Below are positions 19,411 through 28,677 of a stretch of 55,246 bases of DNA, in pieces. The position numbers and the translations under genes are program-made. The stretch comes from Bdellovibrionota bacterium FG-1 (lineage in GTDB: Bacteria > Bdellovibrionota > UBA1018): contig JBBCAW010000137.1 in the NCBI GenBank assembly GCA_051382295.1, forward strand, positions 1-55,246, in the 5' to 3' direction. Every line of letters starts with the position of its first letter. Position 1 is the stretch's first letter. Below the pieces are notes generated by a model that saw only the letters and a program-made list of their open reading frames with translations, made no database searches and was not told where the DNA came from.

Positions 19411-20164
19411 GAAGAGCCTCCTGGTAAGCATTTTCAAAAAACGCCAAACCCTGTCCCGGTGCGCTCGCCCTTCCAGCCTGCGCCGTCCACTCGGGATGCG
19501 CCGTCCACCTCACAAAGGCCTCCGGGTGAGGCATCAGTCCAAAAATCCTCCCCGTGACATCGCAAATCCCGGCGAGGCGCTCATCGCTTCCATTTGGATT
19601 GCCTTCGTACTTAAAGCAGGTCATCCCGTAACGTTCCATCTTATTTAAGACTTCAGAGCGCCGAATGGGCGAAATCATAATCCTTCCTTCGCCATGACGA
19701 ATGGGCAAATCAATGGTTCCCAGACCCTTCAGCCAAACACAGCGACTCCCGCTCGGCGTCGCCTTAATCCAAGTGTTCATGAATTTACCATTTGAGTTGT
19801 GAGTGATGGAAATATCCTTTCCAAAAACCCCCATTCGAATGAGGGCCTGAAACCCATTACAAATTCCGATCACCAAACCACCCCGCTCGGCAAATTGATT
19901 CAGATTCCATCCCAGTTTATGACTCATCTTGAGGGCCAGAATTTTTCCAGAGCCCAGGTCATCACCAAAAGAAAACCCCCCAGGAAGCGCCAAAGCTAAA
20001 TACCGCTGCGAGATCGCGTCTTGGGTCACCCCTTCCGAAATGAGATCATTGAGATGACGTATGTCAGCTTCGAAGCCAGCCAAGCGAAAAGCCGTGGCCG
20101 TTTCCTGCTCGCAGTTGATCCCGTCTCCCGTCAGCACTAAAACACGAGGTTTTCCCGTTCTCAT
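19397..20164 (-). CDS. purQ: FGAM synthase glutaminase subunit
   Basis: Motifs GINCEQE, PGGFSFGD, GICNGFQ, HGEGR, NPNGS, MPHPE; ATGA overlap with purL. Confidence 0.95.
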   Translation of the reverse strand: MRTGKPRVLVLTGDGINCEQETATAFRLAGFEADIRHLNDLISEGVTQDAISQRYLALALPGGFSFGDDLGSGKILALKMSHKLGWNLNQFAERGGLVIGICNGFQALIRMGVFGKDISITHNSNGKFMNTWIKATPSGSRCVWLKGLGTIDLPIRHGEGRIMISPIRRSEVLNKMERYGMTCFKYEGNPNGSDERLAGICDVTGRIFGLMPHPEAFVRWTAHPEWTAQAGRASAPGQGLAFFENAYQEALRVKG

Positions 20165-23100
20165 TCCCAATATCCCTCTTTCTGCCACGCTGCTCGAAGA
20201 TCTTTGGTTGAAACCGACCAACGCCTTCCGGTCGAATCCTCCACCTCCAGCCTTTCCGTCGTAGTCACCGCCCCCAAGCGTCGATAAGGAACATTGCAGG
20301 CGATCCACTCACCCTCGAGTGTAACCGCGTCCGACTCGGGGCAGGATGCGATGAAAGTATGAAAGCCTTCGCCAAACCCAAATTCCCAACTCTCAGCATC
20401 GGCCGGAATTTGAATCTGCGCACCTAGCCCGCGCGCGATCAGACATTCGGCCATGGTCACCAAAAGTCCGCCCTCAGACACATCATGAAGCGATCGCAAC
20501 CTCACCTGCTCGCGCCCGCTCGCGCCCCCAATCCAAGAGTAAAGCCTTCGCGCCTCATCCCAGTCTGGTTCAGCCAACCGCGCCTTCGACGACGGAAGCC
20601 CCTGTTTGCGTTTTTTCAAAACGACCTCGAGTTCCGAACCCACAAGGCCTAAACGGCTCCCGCCAAAAAGATAAATCGCATCACCGGCCTGCTTGAAGTC
20701 CGAGGTCCGACCATTGCGAACATCACTCACTTTGGCAATGGCTGTCACCAATAACGTCGGGGGCACTGAAATAGTCACCGGCTGACCGTCTTTATGACCA
20801 TAAAAATCATTCTTCATACTATCCTTGCCCGAAACCAAAGGTGCATTCAGTGCTAAGGCCGCGTCCCTGAGGCCGTAACAGGCCCGCACGAGATCCGCGC
20901 AATACTGGGGATGATTGACCGGATCGGGCCAACAAAAATTATCCACGATCGCAAGAACTGAATCCGGCCTGCCAAAATCAGCGCCAGAACAAAGAACATT
21001 GCGCACCGATTCATCCACCACGGCCTGAGCCATGACATAAGTGTCATAATCCGAAAGCTTGGGATTAATCCCACAGCCAATCACGAGTCCACTGTCAGAG
21101 TTCGGCTTAGGCTTAAGGACGGCAGCATCATTTGGCCCACTCGCCGCCTGACTGGTGCCGCTTCCCACGGTGTGAAGCGGCTTAATCACCGACGTGCCTT
21201 GAACTTCGTGGTCGAATTGCCGAATCAACCATTCTTTTGAAGCAATATTGGGTCGCCCCATCATTTCCTGCAGCAGCCGCGGTGCCTCTTCATGAAAAGG
21301 CCGCTCGACCGGTGGCAAGGGCTGAGGCCGTCCTCGCCACTCCGCGCGCAGTTCTAATTTTGGGACTCCATCATGTAAAAAAGCAAGATCCAGATACCCG
21401 GTGCGTTTTTCACCGAAAAAAACTTCCAACGCCCCGCTATCGGTGAACTCGCCCAAGTCGCTCACCTCCACTCCACGGCGTCCCGCAAGGGCCAAAAACA
21501 AAGACAACTTGTCGGGTGAAACCGCTACCGTCATTCGCTCTTGCGATTCGCTGATCACGAGTTCGTAGGGTTTAAGTCCTGGGTATTTGATTTTGGCGTA
21601 GCTCACATCCATCCGTGCGCCACCCGAAAGCCGAGCCATCTCTCCGACCGAGCTCGACAACCCTCCGGCCCCATTATCGGTTAAAGCGCTAAAAAGCCCC
21701 ATATCGCGCGCTTCTAACAAAAAATCCGCCATCCGCTTTTGCGTAATCGGATCACCCAGCTGCACCGCACTCGAAGGCGAACGCTCATCCATGGCTAAAG
21801 ACGAAAAAGTGGCCCCATGAATCCCATCGCTTCCGATCCGTCCGCCGACCATGCAGATGCGATCACCGAGTCGTACTTGCTTAGTCTCGCAGAGCACCCC
21901 CGCGATACTTCGGGGCATGAACCCGCCCGTGCCGCAATAAACCAAGGGCTTGCCGAGATAGCGTTCATCAAAGCAAAGTGCGCCGTTCACCGTGGGAATC
22001 CCACTTTTGTTGCCTCCGTCCTCGACCCCCCGCCTCACCCCATCCAAAATTCGACGAGGATGCATCAGACGATCCGGCAGCGTTTCGGAATAATCCAGCG
22101 GCGCCACACAAAACACATCGGTATTAAAAATCGGTTTAGCGCCCATGCCACAACCCAGAATATCGCGGTTGACTCCGACAATTCCCGTCAAGGCCCCCCC
22201 GTAGGGATCCAACGCCGAAGGGCTGTTATGGGTTTCAACTTTAATACAAAAGGCGTCTTCATCGTCGAAGGCCACAATCCCCGCATTGTCCGAAAAAACA
22301 GAAAGAAGCCAGGGTTTTTGCAGCTCCTCCGTGGTGGCGGCAATCGTAGTCTTAAACAGACTATGGGTAACCTCCGGAATAGCGCCATAATCGGTGGCAT
22401 CACCCATTTGTGAATAATAGACATCCGCGCCAAAAATCTTATGTTTGCAATGCTCCGACCAAGTCTGGGCGATGACCTCGATTTCCACATCGGTGGGTCC
22501 GTCCGAAGGCAAACCCAGTTCGTTCCGCTTGGCTTGAACCCCAGGCGCCGCAAAATAATTACGAACCGCCTTCATCTCTTCGAGCGAAAGAGCCCACAAT
22601 TTTTGACGGCTCAAAGCCTCCAACTCATGATCCGCCAATTTCTGAAGGCTAAAGGTCTCGACCCGGTCCGATCCTTTTAAGAGAATTTTAGGAAGGTCCA
22701 GTTTGATTCGTTCCTGGTGAAAACGATCATTTTTCTTGAGCTCGGCCTCCGGCACAATGGTCCAGGTTTCGACCAATTCATTGCAGAAAATATCGCGCGC
22801 AATGACGGCTAACGAGTCCTCATCCAGCTCCTGCCCCTCGACCACTAGCAGGCTTCCGCTGGAGGACCGGCCCCCGTTCAGGGATCTTCCGAGCACGATC
22901 TCAAAAGCTTCCATGCTGGTGCGCCCGATATTATCAGTCACCCCCGGGCGAAAACGCCGCTCAAGCGCCCAAAACCTCCCCGGACGATTGGGGGCTTTTT
23001 CCATAAGATCCGGCACCCCGCCTTGTTTGCCCGCCGCCGATGGAATCAGATTGCCGGTAAAGAGCCATTGTAAAACTCGATCCCAAAAAACTTCGGTGAT

Positions 23101-23277
23101 TGCCGGAATCAGTTCCTCACGTGTGGCGGGTAGATCCAACCAACAAACATCCAGCAAACGGGCCCATCGAATTTTTCGACGAATTTCAGGGTAGGCCAAC
23201 TCGATTTTTCGCAAAATAGCATCGGCGGCCGGATCGGCAAACTCGGGTCGCATCGCGACTTCAATACGGGCGTACAT
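20161..23277 (-). CDS. purL: FGAM synthase synthetase subunit with N-terminal PurS-like extension
   Basis: Motifs QTWSEHCKHKIF, DNAG, KVETHNSPS, GIHGA, DNGAGG, SESQERM, QFDHEV, SGKDS, HDVSEGG. Confidence 0.95.
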   Translation of the reverse strand: MYARIEVAMRPEFADPAADAILRKIELAYPEIRRKIRWARLLDVCWLDLPATREELIPAITEVFWDRVLQWLFTGNLIPSAAGKQGGVPDLMEKAPNRPGRFWALERRFRPGVTDNIGRTSMEAFEIVLGRSLNGGRSSSGSLLVVEGQELDEDSLAVIARDIFCNELVETWTIVPEAELKKNDRFHQERIKLDLPKILLKGSDRVETFSLQKLADHELEALSRQKLWALSLEEMKAVRNYFAAPGVQAKRNELGLPSDGPTDVEIEVIAQTWSEHCKHKIFGADVYYSQMGDATDYGAIPEVTHSLFKTTIAATTEELQKPWLLSVFSDNAGIVAFDDEDAFCIKVETHNSPSALDPYGGALTGIVGVNRDILGCGMGAKPIFNTDVFCVAPLDYSETLPDRLMHPRRILDGVRRGVEDGGNKSGIPTVNGALCFDERYLGKPLVYCGTGGFMPRSIAGVLCETKQVRLGDRICMVGGRIGSDGIHGATFSSLAMDERSPSSAVQLGDPITQKRMADFLLEARDMGLFSALTDNGAGGLSSSVGEMARLSGGARMDVSYAKIKYPGLKPYELVISESQERMTVAVSPDKLSLFLALAGRRGVEVSDLGEFTDSGALEVFFGEKRTGYLDLAFLHDGVPKLELRAEWRGRPQPLPPVERPFHEEAPRLLQEMMGRPNIASKEWLIRQFDHEVQGTSVIKPLHTVGSGTSQAASGPNDAAVLKPKPNSDSGLVIGCGINPKLSDYDTYVMAQAVVDESVRNVLCSGADFGRPDSVLAIVDNFCWPDPVNHPQYCADLVRACYGLRDAALALNAPLVSGKDSMKNDFYGHKDGQPVTISVPPTLLVTAIAKVSDVRNGRTSDFKQAGDAIYLFGGSRLGLVGSELEVVLKKRKQGLPSSKARLAEPDWDEARRLYSWIGGASGREQVRLRSLHDVSEGGLLVTMAECLIARGLGAQIQIPADAESWEFGFGEGFHTFIASCPESDAVTLEGEWIACNVPYRRLGAVTTTERLEVEDSTGRRWSVSTKDLRAAWQKEGYWE

Positions 23278-23935
23278 TCAAGCGAACTCCTTGGGCAAAG
23301 CCCTGGGGTGAACGAACGTTCATCTGAACCGTTTGGACTTCAAATTTCTCGGGTAAAATCCAAGCCAGCGTCTGCGAAAAAAGCCGATGTTCGAGCGCAA
23401 GGCCCCGGCGCTCCACCTCTTCGACCGTTTGACAATCCGTGATCGAAAAAGCCTCTTGCGCGCAAATCGGGCCCGCATCGACCTCGGCCTCCACTAAGTG
23501 AACCGTCGCGCCCGTAAGCTTGACCCCATACTGAAACGCCTGCCGATAGCTCTCCAGGCCTGGAAAAGCAGGGAGCAATGCCGGATGAATATTGACGATG
23601 CGCGAATAACCGCGCTCGGACCGAAAAGCCTCGATCAGATGAGAACTCAAAACTCGTCGATAGCCCGCCATGACTAAAAATCGGGGAGCCCAAGGCCTGA
23701 GTGCTTCGAGAATCAGTTCCTCGTGAAGCTCGCGACGACCCGACGCAGTTGCGGATGGCACGGCGATGGGTAAAACGCGCAGGCCCGCCGTCTGGGCTTT
23801 TTGTAACGCAAGAGACTCAGCGCAATCCGATACCACCGCGACAATCTCCGCATCCAGACGCCGTTCGTGGATGGCTTGAATCAAGGCCTCTAAATTGCTG
23901 CCGCGACCGGAGGCAAAAACCGCTATGGGTATCAT
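23261..23935 (-). CDS. purN: Phosphoribosylglycinamide formyltransferase
   Basis: Motifs ASGRGSNL, AGYRRVL, NIHPALLP.FPG, GATVHLV...DAGPI. Confidence 0.96.
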   Translation of the reverse strand: MIPIAVFASGRGSNLEALIQAIHERRLDAEIVAVVSDCAESLALQKAQTAGLRVLPIAVPSATASGRRELHEELILEALRPWAPRFLVMAGYRRVLSSHLIEAFRSERGYSRIVNIHPALLPAFPGLESYRQAFQYGVKLTGATVHLVEAEVDAGPICAQEAFSITDCQTVEEVERRGLALEHRLFSQTLAWILPEKFEVQTVQMNVRSPQGFAQGVRLNVRPY

Positions 23936-25215
23936 GCACCCTCCTGTGCGGATTCGCGCAAGGCAATGTCGGACCGAAACTGCATACCTTCAAAGCCTAC
24001 TCGGCCCAGCCGGGAATACGCTTGCGTACGCGCCTCTTTGAGCGAAGATCCCAGACCGAGCGCACCCAAGACCCGTCCTCCCGAAGTCACTAGACCCTGA
24101 GACGAAGCCGCCACGCCGGCGAAAAATACCGAGGTTTCTTCGATTGAGTTTTCTGACGGCCCTTCCACTAACTGCCCTTTTTCAGGCTTTTCGGGATAGC
24201 CGCGCGCGGCGCCCACCACATAAACGGCAGCATCTTTCTTAAAGGGGACTCGCGAAGGCAAACCGGTGAGATCCCCTCGCGCACAGGCCTCAAGCCAAGG
24301 ATAAAGATCCCCTTCGATACGAGGAAGTAAAACCTGGGCTTCAGGATCGCCAAAACGAGAATTGAATTCAATCACCCAAAAACGATCGCGCGCCACATCC
24401 ACCATCAAACCCGCATACAAAAGACCCCGAAAAGAATGACCGCGTTTTTTCATTTCACGCAGGGTCGGCAAAAAAATCTCCTGCCTCACGCGCTCAGTCC
24501 AAGCCGCCGGAATACCAGGCACAGGACTAAAAGCTCCCATTCCCCCTGTATTGGGCCCTTGATCCCCGTTTTGAAGCCGCTTGTAATCTCGCGCCGGCTC
24601 TAAGAGTGCGCAGCGATCACCATCACAAAAGGCCATCCAAGAAATTTCTTCGCCAAAAAGCCGCTCTTCGATCACGAGCCGACCCGAAACCAAAATCAAC
24701 TCACGGGACGCCTGGATCGCCTCATCCCGCGATTGACAAATACGGACCCCTTTACCCAGAGCTAAGCCATCGGCTTTAATGACGGGACAGGGCTGTTCCG
24801 CTGGAAAAGATTGTAAAAGCTGAATAGCTTGTTCGAGCGAATGAGCAACCCCATACTGCGCCGTCGGCACCCCAGCCGCCTGCATCACTTCTTTAGCGAA
24901 AGCCTTGCTCGCTTCAATTTGAGCCGCGCCACGCGAAGGACCAAAAGTCAAAACGCCATGCTCGTTAAGGATATCCACTAAGCCATCTGCCAACGGTTGA
25001 TCCGGACCCACAACGACCAAATCCACGCGTTCATTTCGCGCGCGACGAGCAAAGGCTTCAAAATCTTGCGCCCCCCCTAACGGCCAACGCTCCCAAGCTG
25101 CGGGCATCCCGGCATTTCCAGGGGCCACCCCAAGGCGCCCTGTGCGAGATGAGGAGGCAAGCTTCCACGCCAGCGCGTGTTCTCGCCCGCCTGAGCCCAC
25201 CACGACGACGGTCAT
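23932..25215 (-). CDS. purD: Phosphoribosylamine-glycine ligase
   Basis: Motifs GSGGREHAL, PGNAG, KADGLALGKGV, GPNTGGMG, EFNSRFGDPE, TSGGRVL; ATGA overlap with purC. Confidence 0.97.
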   Translation of the reverse strand: MTVVVVGSGGREHALAWKLASSSRTGRLGVAPGNAGMPAAWERWPLGGAQDFEAFARRARNERVDLVVVGPDQPLADGLVDILNEHGVLTFGPSRGAAQIEASKAFAKEVMQAAGVPTAQYGVAHSLEQAIQLLQSFPAEQPCPVIKADGLALGKGVRICQSRDEAIQASRELILVSGRLVIEERLFGEEISWMAFCDGDRCALLEPARDYKRLQNGDQGPNTGGMGAFSPVPGIPAAWTERVRQEIFLPTLREMKKRGHSFRGLLYAGLMVDVARDRFWVIEFNSRFGDPEAQVLLPRIEGDLYPWLEACARGDLTGLPSRVPFKKDAAVYVVGAARGYPEKPEKGQLVEGPSENSIEETSVFFAGVAASSQGLVTSGGRVLGALGLGSSLKEARTQAYSRLGRVGFEGMQFRSDIALRESAQEGA

Positions 25216-26426
25216 GCCTTGCTCCCGATGCCCTTCAACTCCGCAACGACTCGGTCCAAACTCCACGCCTCCGGAAACCATTGCCGGCCCGTCAGAGCCT
25301 GGGTCAAAGCCAAATAAACTTGCGAAGCCAGCTCGCGTTTTTCTGGAGGCAACGGCGGCGGCGGAAGCGGCACGGCCTTTTTCCATTCCGAGATTCCGTG
25401 CGCCTTGGCAGTATCTTTCGCCTTTTGAATCGTTTCGTACCAAATGCTATCCCGATAGTGCTGGCGCAAAAATTCTTTCGAAAGTTGCACGCCGTCTTTC
25501 AACAGCCGCAACTCATCGGGCCCAATTGCATCCACTAACTGGCAATGCCCGTGTTCGTCCACGCCCCACTCCAATTTACCGTCTGCGAGTTCAATTCCGG
25601 CCTTACCGCAAAGCCAGCGCAGACAACCGGCCACCCAAGCGGTGCGAAATAACAGATCTTGAAGCTGAGAGGCCGAAAGCCCTGACATCGCAAGCGCCTC
25701 TGTCAATGAAACGAGGCGATCTGAGGTTTCAAGTTTGGTGAAAAGTTCTAGCACAGGAAAATCCCACTTGGCGCCGAGCTCCGCCTTCGAATCAGCAAAA
25801 CCCAGCGATGCCAAATAACCAGGATCCCGGGCCACCCGCTCCAACATGGAACTGCCCTCAGGCAGGCTGAAACGAAAAACGACCTCAAGGGGCACCAGCC
25901 GTGGCAGCGGAGCATTACGCGTGGGATGATAATCCGGAAGCGCCCGGCCCAGCACGGTCGTCAATAGAGGTTTAACCACTGCCACTCGTCGAACCAAGAG
26001 ACTTTTGATGGGCGCTTGGACTTGCGCGAGCTGAGTCGGCTGGATTTCGCCTTTTTCTGGAATCGCGCCTAAAAGTACCCCATAATAATGGGTTCTGAGA
26101 CCCCGGCTTTGGAGGTCTTCGCCCACTTCGTTAAAAGCAGAACCAAAGCGATTTCCTTTGCGAAGCCCTAAAGCATCCGATGATCGCGAAAACTCTTTCC
26201 AGGTTTCGGCGCGCTCCAATTTTTCAAAAAAATCCGCGGCCAACGTCGCCAGAGCCTCACCCTTGTGGGGCAAAAGATCCGGCATTTTTCCCCAATCAAA
26301 AACTGAATAGGCATCGGTGTACTCAAAAACAATCGCCTCGCAAGCATCGCCCACTTCCGGCCCTTCCTGGACTCGAACGGGACCTTTGAGATCTTTGACC
26401 GAACCTCGATAGAGTGTCTGAATCAT
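25212..26426 (-). CDS. purC: SAICAR synthase, long form
   Basis: Motifs YRGSVKD, TDAYSVFD, KGEAL, PLEVVFR, FTKLE, LADGKLEWG, DAIGPDELR, SKEFLR. Confidence 0.9.
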   Translation of the reverse strand: MIQTLYRGSVKDLKGPVRVQEGPEVGDACEAIVFEYTDAYSVFDWGKMPDLLPHKGEALATLAADFFEKLERAETWKEFSRSSDALGLRKGNRFGSAFNEVGEDLQSRGLRTHYYGVLLGAIPEKGEIQPTQLAQVQAPIKSLLVRRVAVVKPLLTTVLGRALPDYHPTRNAPLPRLVPLEVVFRFSLPEGSSMLERVARDPGYLASLGFADSKAELGAKWDFPVLELFTKLETSDRLVSLTEALAMSGLSASQLQDLLFRTAWVAGCLRWLCGKAGIELADGKLEWGVDEHGHCQLVDAIGPDELRLLKDGVQLSKEFLRQHYRDSIWYETIQKAKDTAKAHGISEWKKAVPLPPPPLPPEKRELASQVYLALTQALTGRQWFPEAWSLDRVVAELKGIGSKA

Positions 26427-27919
26427 GAGCGGGAGTTCTCCTTTTCGCGGTCTTTTTGGCGGTTTACCGCAAAGCATGCAGACGAAATCGAAATATCGGT
26501 TGGATATTTTCCATCAATGCAAGCCATACATGGATGCGTTGATTGAATGGCATGGGTTAAGCCTGGGATGTCTTGATAAATGAGAGCATCTGCACCGAGG
26601 TTTTTGGCAATGGCGGCAACAGTCCTACCGGAGGCGATCAGTTCTGACTCGGATGGAAAATCAATACCATAAAAACAAGGATGTTGAATCGGTGGGCACG
26701 TCGAAACCAGATAAACCTGGGTCGCCCCCGCCTTTCGCACCAGCTCAATGATTTTTCGCGAAGTCGTACCGCGCACAATCGAATCGTCAATGAGCAACAC
26801 TCGCTTGCCCTGAATTTCGGACTGAACGGGTGAAAGCTTCAAATTAACGGCCTTTTGCCGCTTTTCTGGCGAATCCAAAATAAAAGTCCGCTTAATATAA
26901 CGGTTTTTAATGAGCACTTCACGATAAGGAATTTTGAGTTCTTCGGCCAGCGCGATCGCCGCGATACGCGAAGTTTCAGGAATAGGCACAATCAAATCGG
27001 CTTCTAATCCCAACGCATCCATTTGCGCTCGCACCAGCCTCGCCAGGTTTTTGCCCAATTGAATGCGAGCCCCATAAACCGGCACCCCATCAATAACTGA
27101 TTCAGGAGACGCAAAGTAAACCCATTCGAACATGCAGTGGCGCGCCTCGCGAACGATGAGCCGCCGAGAGAAAACCTCGCCCTTCATATTGATAAAAAGA
27201 ACTTCACCCGGTTCGATATTTCGAACGACTTCGTAGCCCAAAAAAGAGAGCGCCGCGCTTTCGGAGGCGACCATATGCGCCTCGCCGGACGCCAAGCCGT
27301 TCGCCCCCTCCGTTTTGCGTTTTCCCCAAACCAGCGGTCTGATTCCATCCGGGTCCCGAAAGGCGACTAGGCCATGCCCCGCCACTAACGTCACGATGCT
27401 ATAACTGCCGTTCACGCGCTTAAAAACATCTGCCACTGCGGTGCAGAGATGATCAAAACCCAGTTCAACTGCCGAATCGCCCACTCCCGCAGGAGTTTGA
27501 GAAAGCGCCTCGGCAAAGATATTGAGCACCGTCTCGGTATCCGAATGGGTCAACAGATGGCGACGCGCTCGCTTTTTGAGATCCTGGGCAAGCTCGGCGC
27601 AATTCACGATATTGCCATTATGAACCATGCCCAAACCGAACGGATAACTCATGAGCAGCGGTTGCACATCCCCCAAATCGCCCCGACCGGCCGTACTATA
27701 CCGCGCATGACCCACAGCCAGGTTACCGGGCAGAGTTTTCATATTGTCGCGAGTAAAGACCGACTCGACCAAGCCAAGATTTTTGACTCGATGAAAGCCT
27801 TCTTCATCGTAGGTGAGAATTCCCGCAGCATCCTGCCCGCGATGCTGCAAGGTCGTAAGACCCAAAAAGGCCTCCGTCGCTGCATCCGGGGTACCAATCA
27901 GCCCGACTACACCGCACAT
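26423..27919 (-). CDS. purF: Amidophosphoribosyltransferase
   Basis: N-terminal MCGVVG; motifs QHRGQDAAG, HNGN, CMFEWVYF, PRPP-binding DDSIVRGTT, FYGIDF. Confidence 0.98.
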   Translation of the reverse strand: MCGVVGLIGTPDAATEAFLGLTTLQHRGQDAAGILTYDEEGFHRVKNLGLVESVFTRDNMKTLPGNLAVGHARYSTAGRGDLGDVQPLLMSYPFGLGMVHNGNIVNCAELAQDLKKRARRHLLTHSDTETVLNIFAEALSQTPAGVGDSAVELGFDHLCTAVADVFKRVNGSYSIVTLVAGHGLVAFRDPDGIRPLVWGKRKTEGANGLASGEAHMVASESAALSFLGYEVVRNIEPGEVLFINMKGEVFSRRLIVREARHCMFEWVYFASPESVIDGVPVYGARIQLGKNLARLVRAQMDALGLEADLIVPIPETSRIAAIALAEELKIPYREVLIKNRYIKRTFILDSPEKRQKAVNLKLSPVQSEIQGKRVLLIDDSIVRGTTSRKIIELVRKAGATQVYLVSTCPPIQHPCFYGIDFPSESELIASGRTVAAIAKNLGADALIYQDIPGLTHAIQSTHPCMACIDGKYPTDISISSACFAVNRQKDREKENSRS

Positions 27920-27969
27920 AGCTCTATTTTCCTCACGATGTCAGGGGTATATCCTAGGGCGACGTTCGC

Positions 27970-28079
27970 CGCAAGGGCCTCTCAGTAAAAGGGTCGGGGT
28001 CGTCCATTTTTGGACTCCGCGCGAAAACGCGCCTCCTGCGCGCGCGGATCCCCTCTCTTTTACTGGGAAGCCCCTTACG
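27970..28079. repeat. Long imperfect palindrome (~110 bp) in the purF leader
   Basis: CGCAAGGGCCTCTCAGTAAAAG pairs with CTTTTACTGGGAAGCCCCTTACG; internal stems GTCCA/TGGAC and TCCGCGCG/CGCGCGGA. Confidence 0.75.
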
Positions 28080-28299
28080 TGGGTACAGGGACCAAGGAGC
28101 CTCAACGGTTGCTGACTCCTGATTTGCTCCTGATTTGCTGAATACTGACCGCTGATGGCTGACAGCTCCCCAGTGCGATTGATTTTTGACACCCAGTTGA
28201 ATTTTATCACCGACCTGTTACGCTCCCTAGGGTGAGGCGGTTCCATCTTGGATTCCCCCCACTTTTTAACCCAATACATGGAGGTTGGTTTCACAAAGT

Positions 28300-28524
28300 A
28301 TGAGTTTCAACGGAAGCCCAGTTACTGGAATTATCGACGAACGCTTGGTTATTATCGATTTCGGAAAATACGAAGGAAAGACCGTTCAGGAAATTGCTGA
28401 GCTGGATCCTACGTTTTATGATCGTCTCGCCACAGAAAAAGAAAATGGCGTTTTTGCCATTCGGCGTCATCGCGACAAGACCTTTAGACTCTATGTGAAT
28501 CCACTTTCAAACATGGATCACTGA
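28300..28524 (+). CDS. Small protein with FGKY-x-G motif (DUF3820/ExoX C-terminal-like)
   Basis: IDFGKYEGKTVQEIAELDPTFY fits the FGKxxG...P.Y motif; GGAGG upstream. Confidence 0.75.
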   Translation: MSFNGSPVTGIIDERLVIIDFGKYEGKTVQEIAELDPTFYDRLATEKENGVFAIRRHRDKTFRLYVNPLSNMDH

Positions 28525-28551
28525 TATCGATATTCCCCGTCCAAGCGATGG

Positions 28552-28675
28552 GTACATCGTCAAGATTTCCCGCAGACGAGGCCGCAGGGAGGCGAATCGA
28601 CCAAAGCGCACTCCCCGTGCGCTGCGGGAGCGAGCCGACCGAGAACGAAGGTTGCGGGAAATATCGACGATGTAC
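28552..28675. repeat. 124-bp inverted-repeat element (ERIC/MITE-like) between convergent genes
   Basis: Left arm GTACATCGTCAAGATTTCCCGCA versus reverse complement of right arm GTACATCGTCGATATTTCCCGCA (21/23 identical); central GCGCAC-TCCCC-GTGCGC hairpin. Confidence 0.8.
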
Positions 28676-28677
28676 GA

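Noticed and set aside
27920..28290. Known purine, ZTP or PRPP riboswitch upstream of purF; ORF 27941..28294
   Set aside because: Consensus motifs not recognisable on the minus strand by eye; the ORF merely crosses the palindrome and has no protein features.
28552..28675. 6S or SRP RNA identity for the long hairpin
   Set aside because: Lacks the SRP GGAA-loop motif, is short for 6S, and its terminal inverted arms fit a dispersed repeat better; an Rfam search would settle it.
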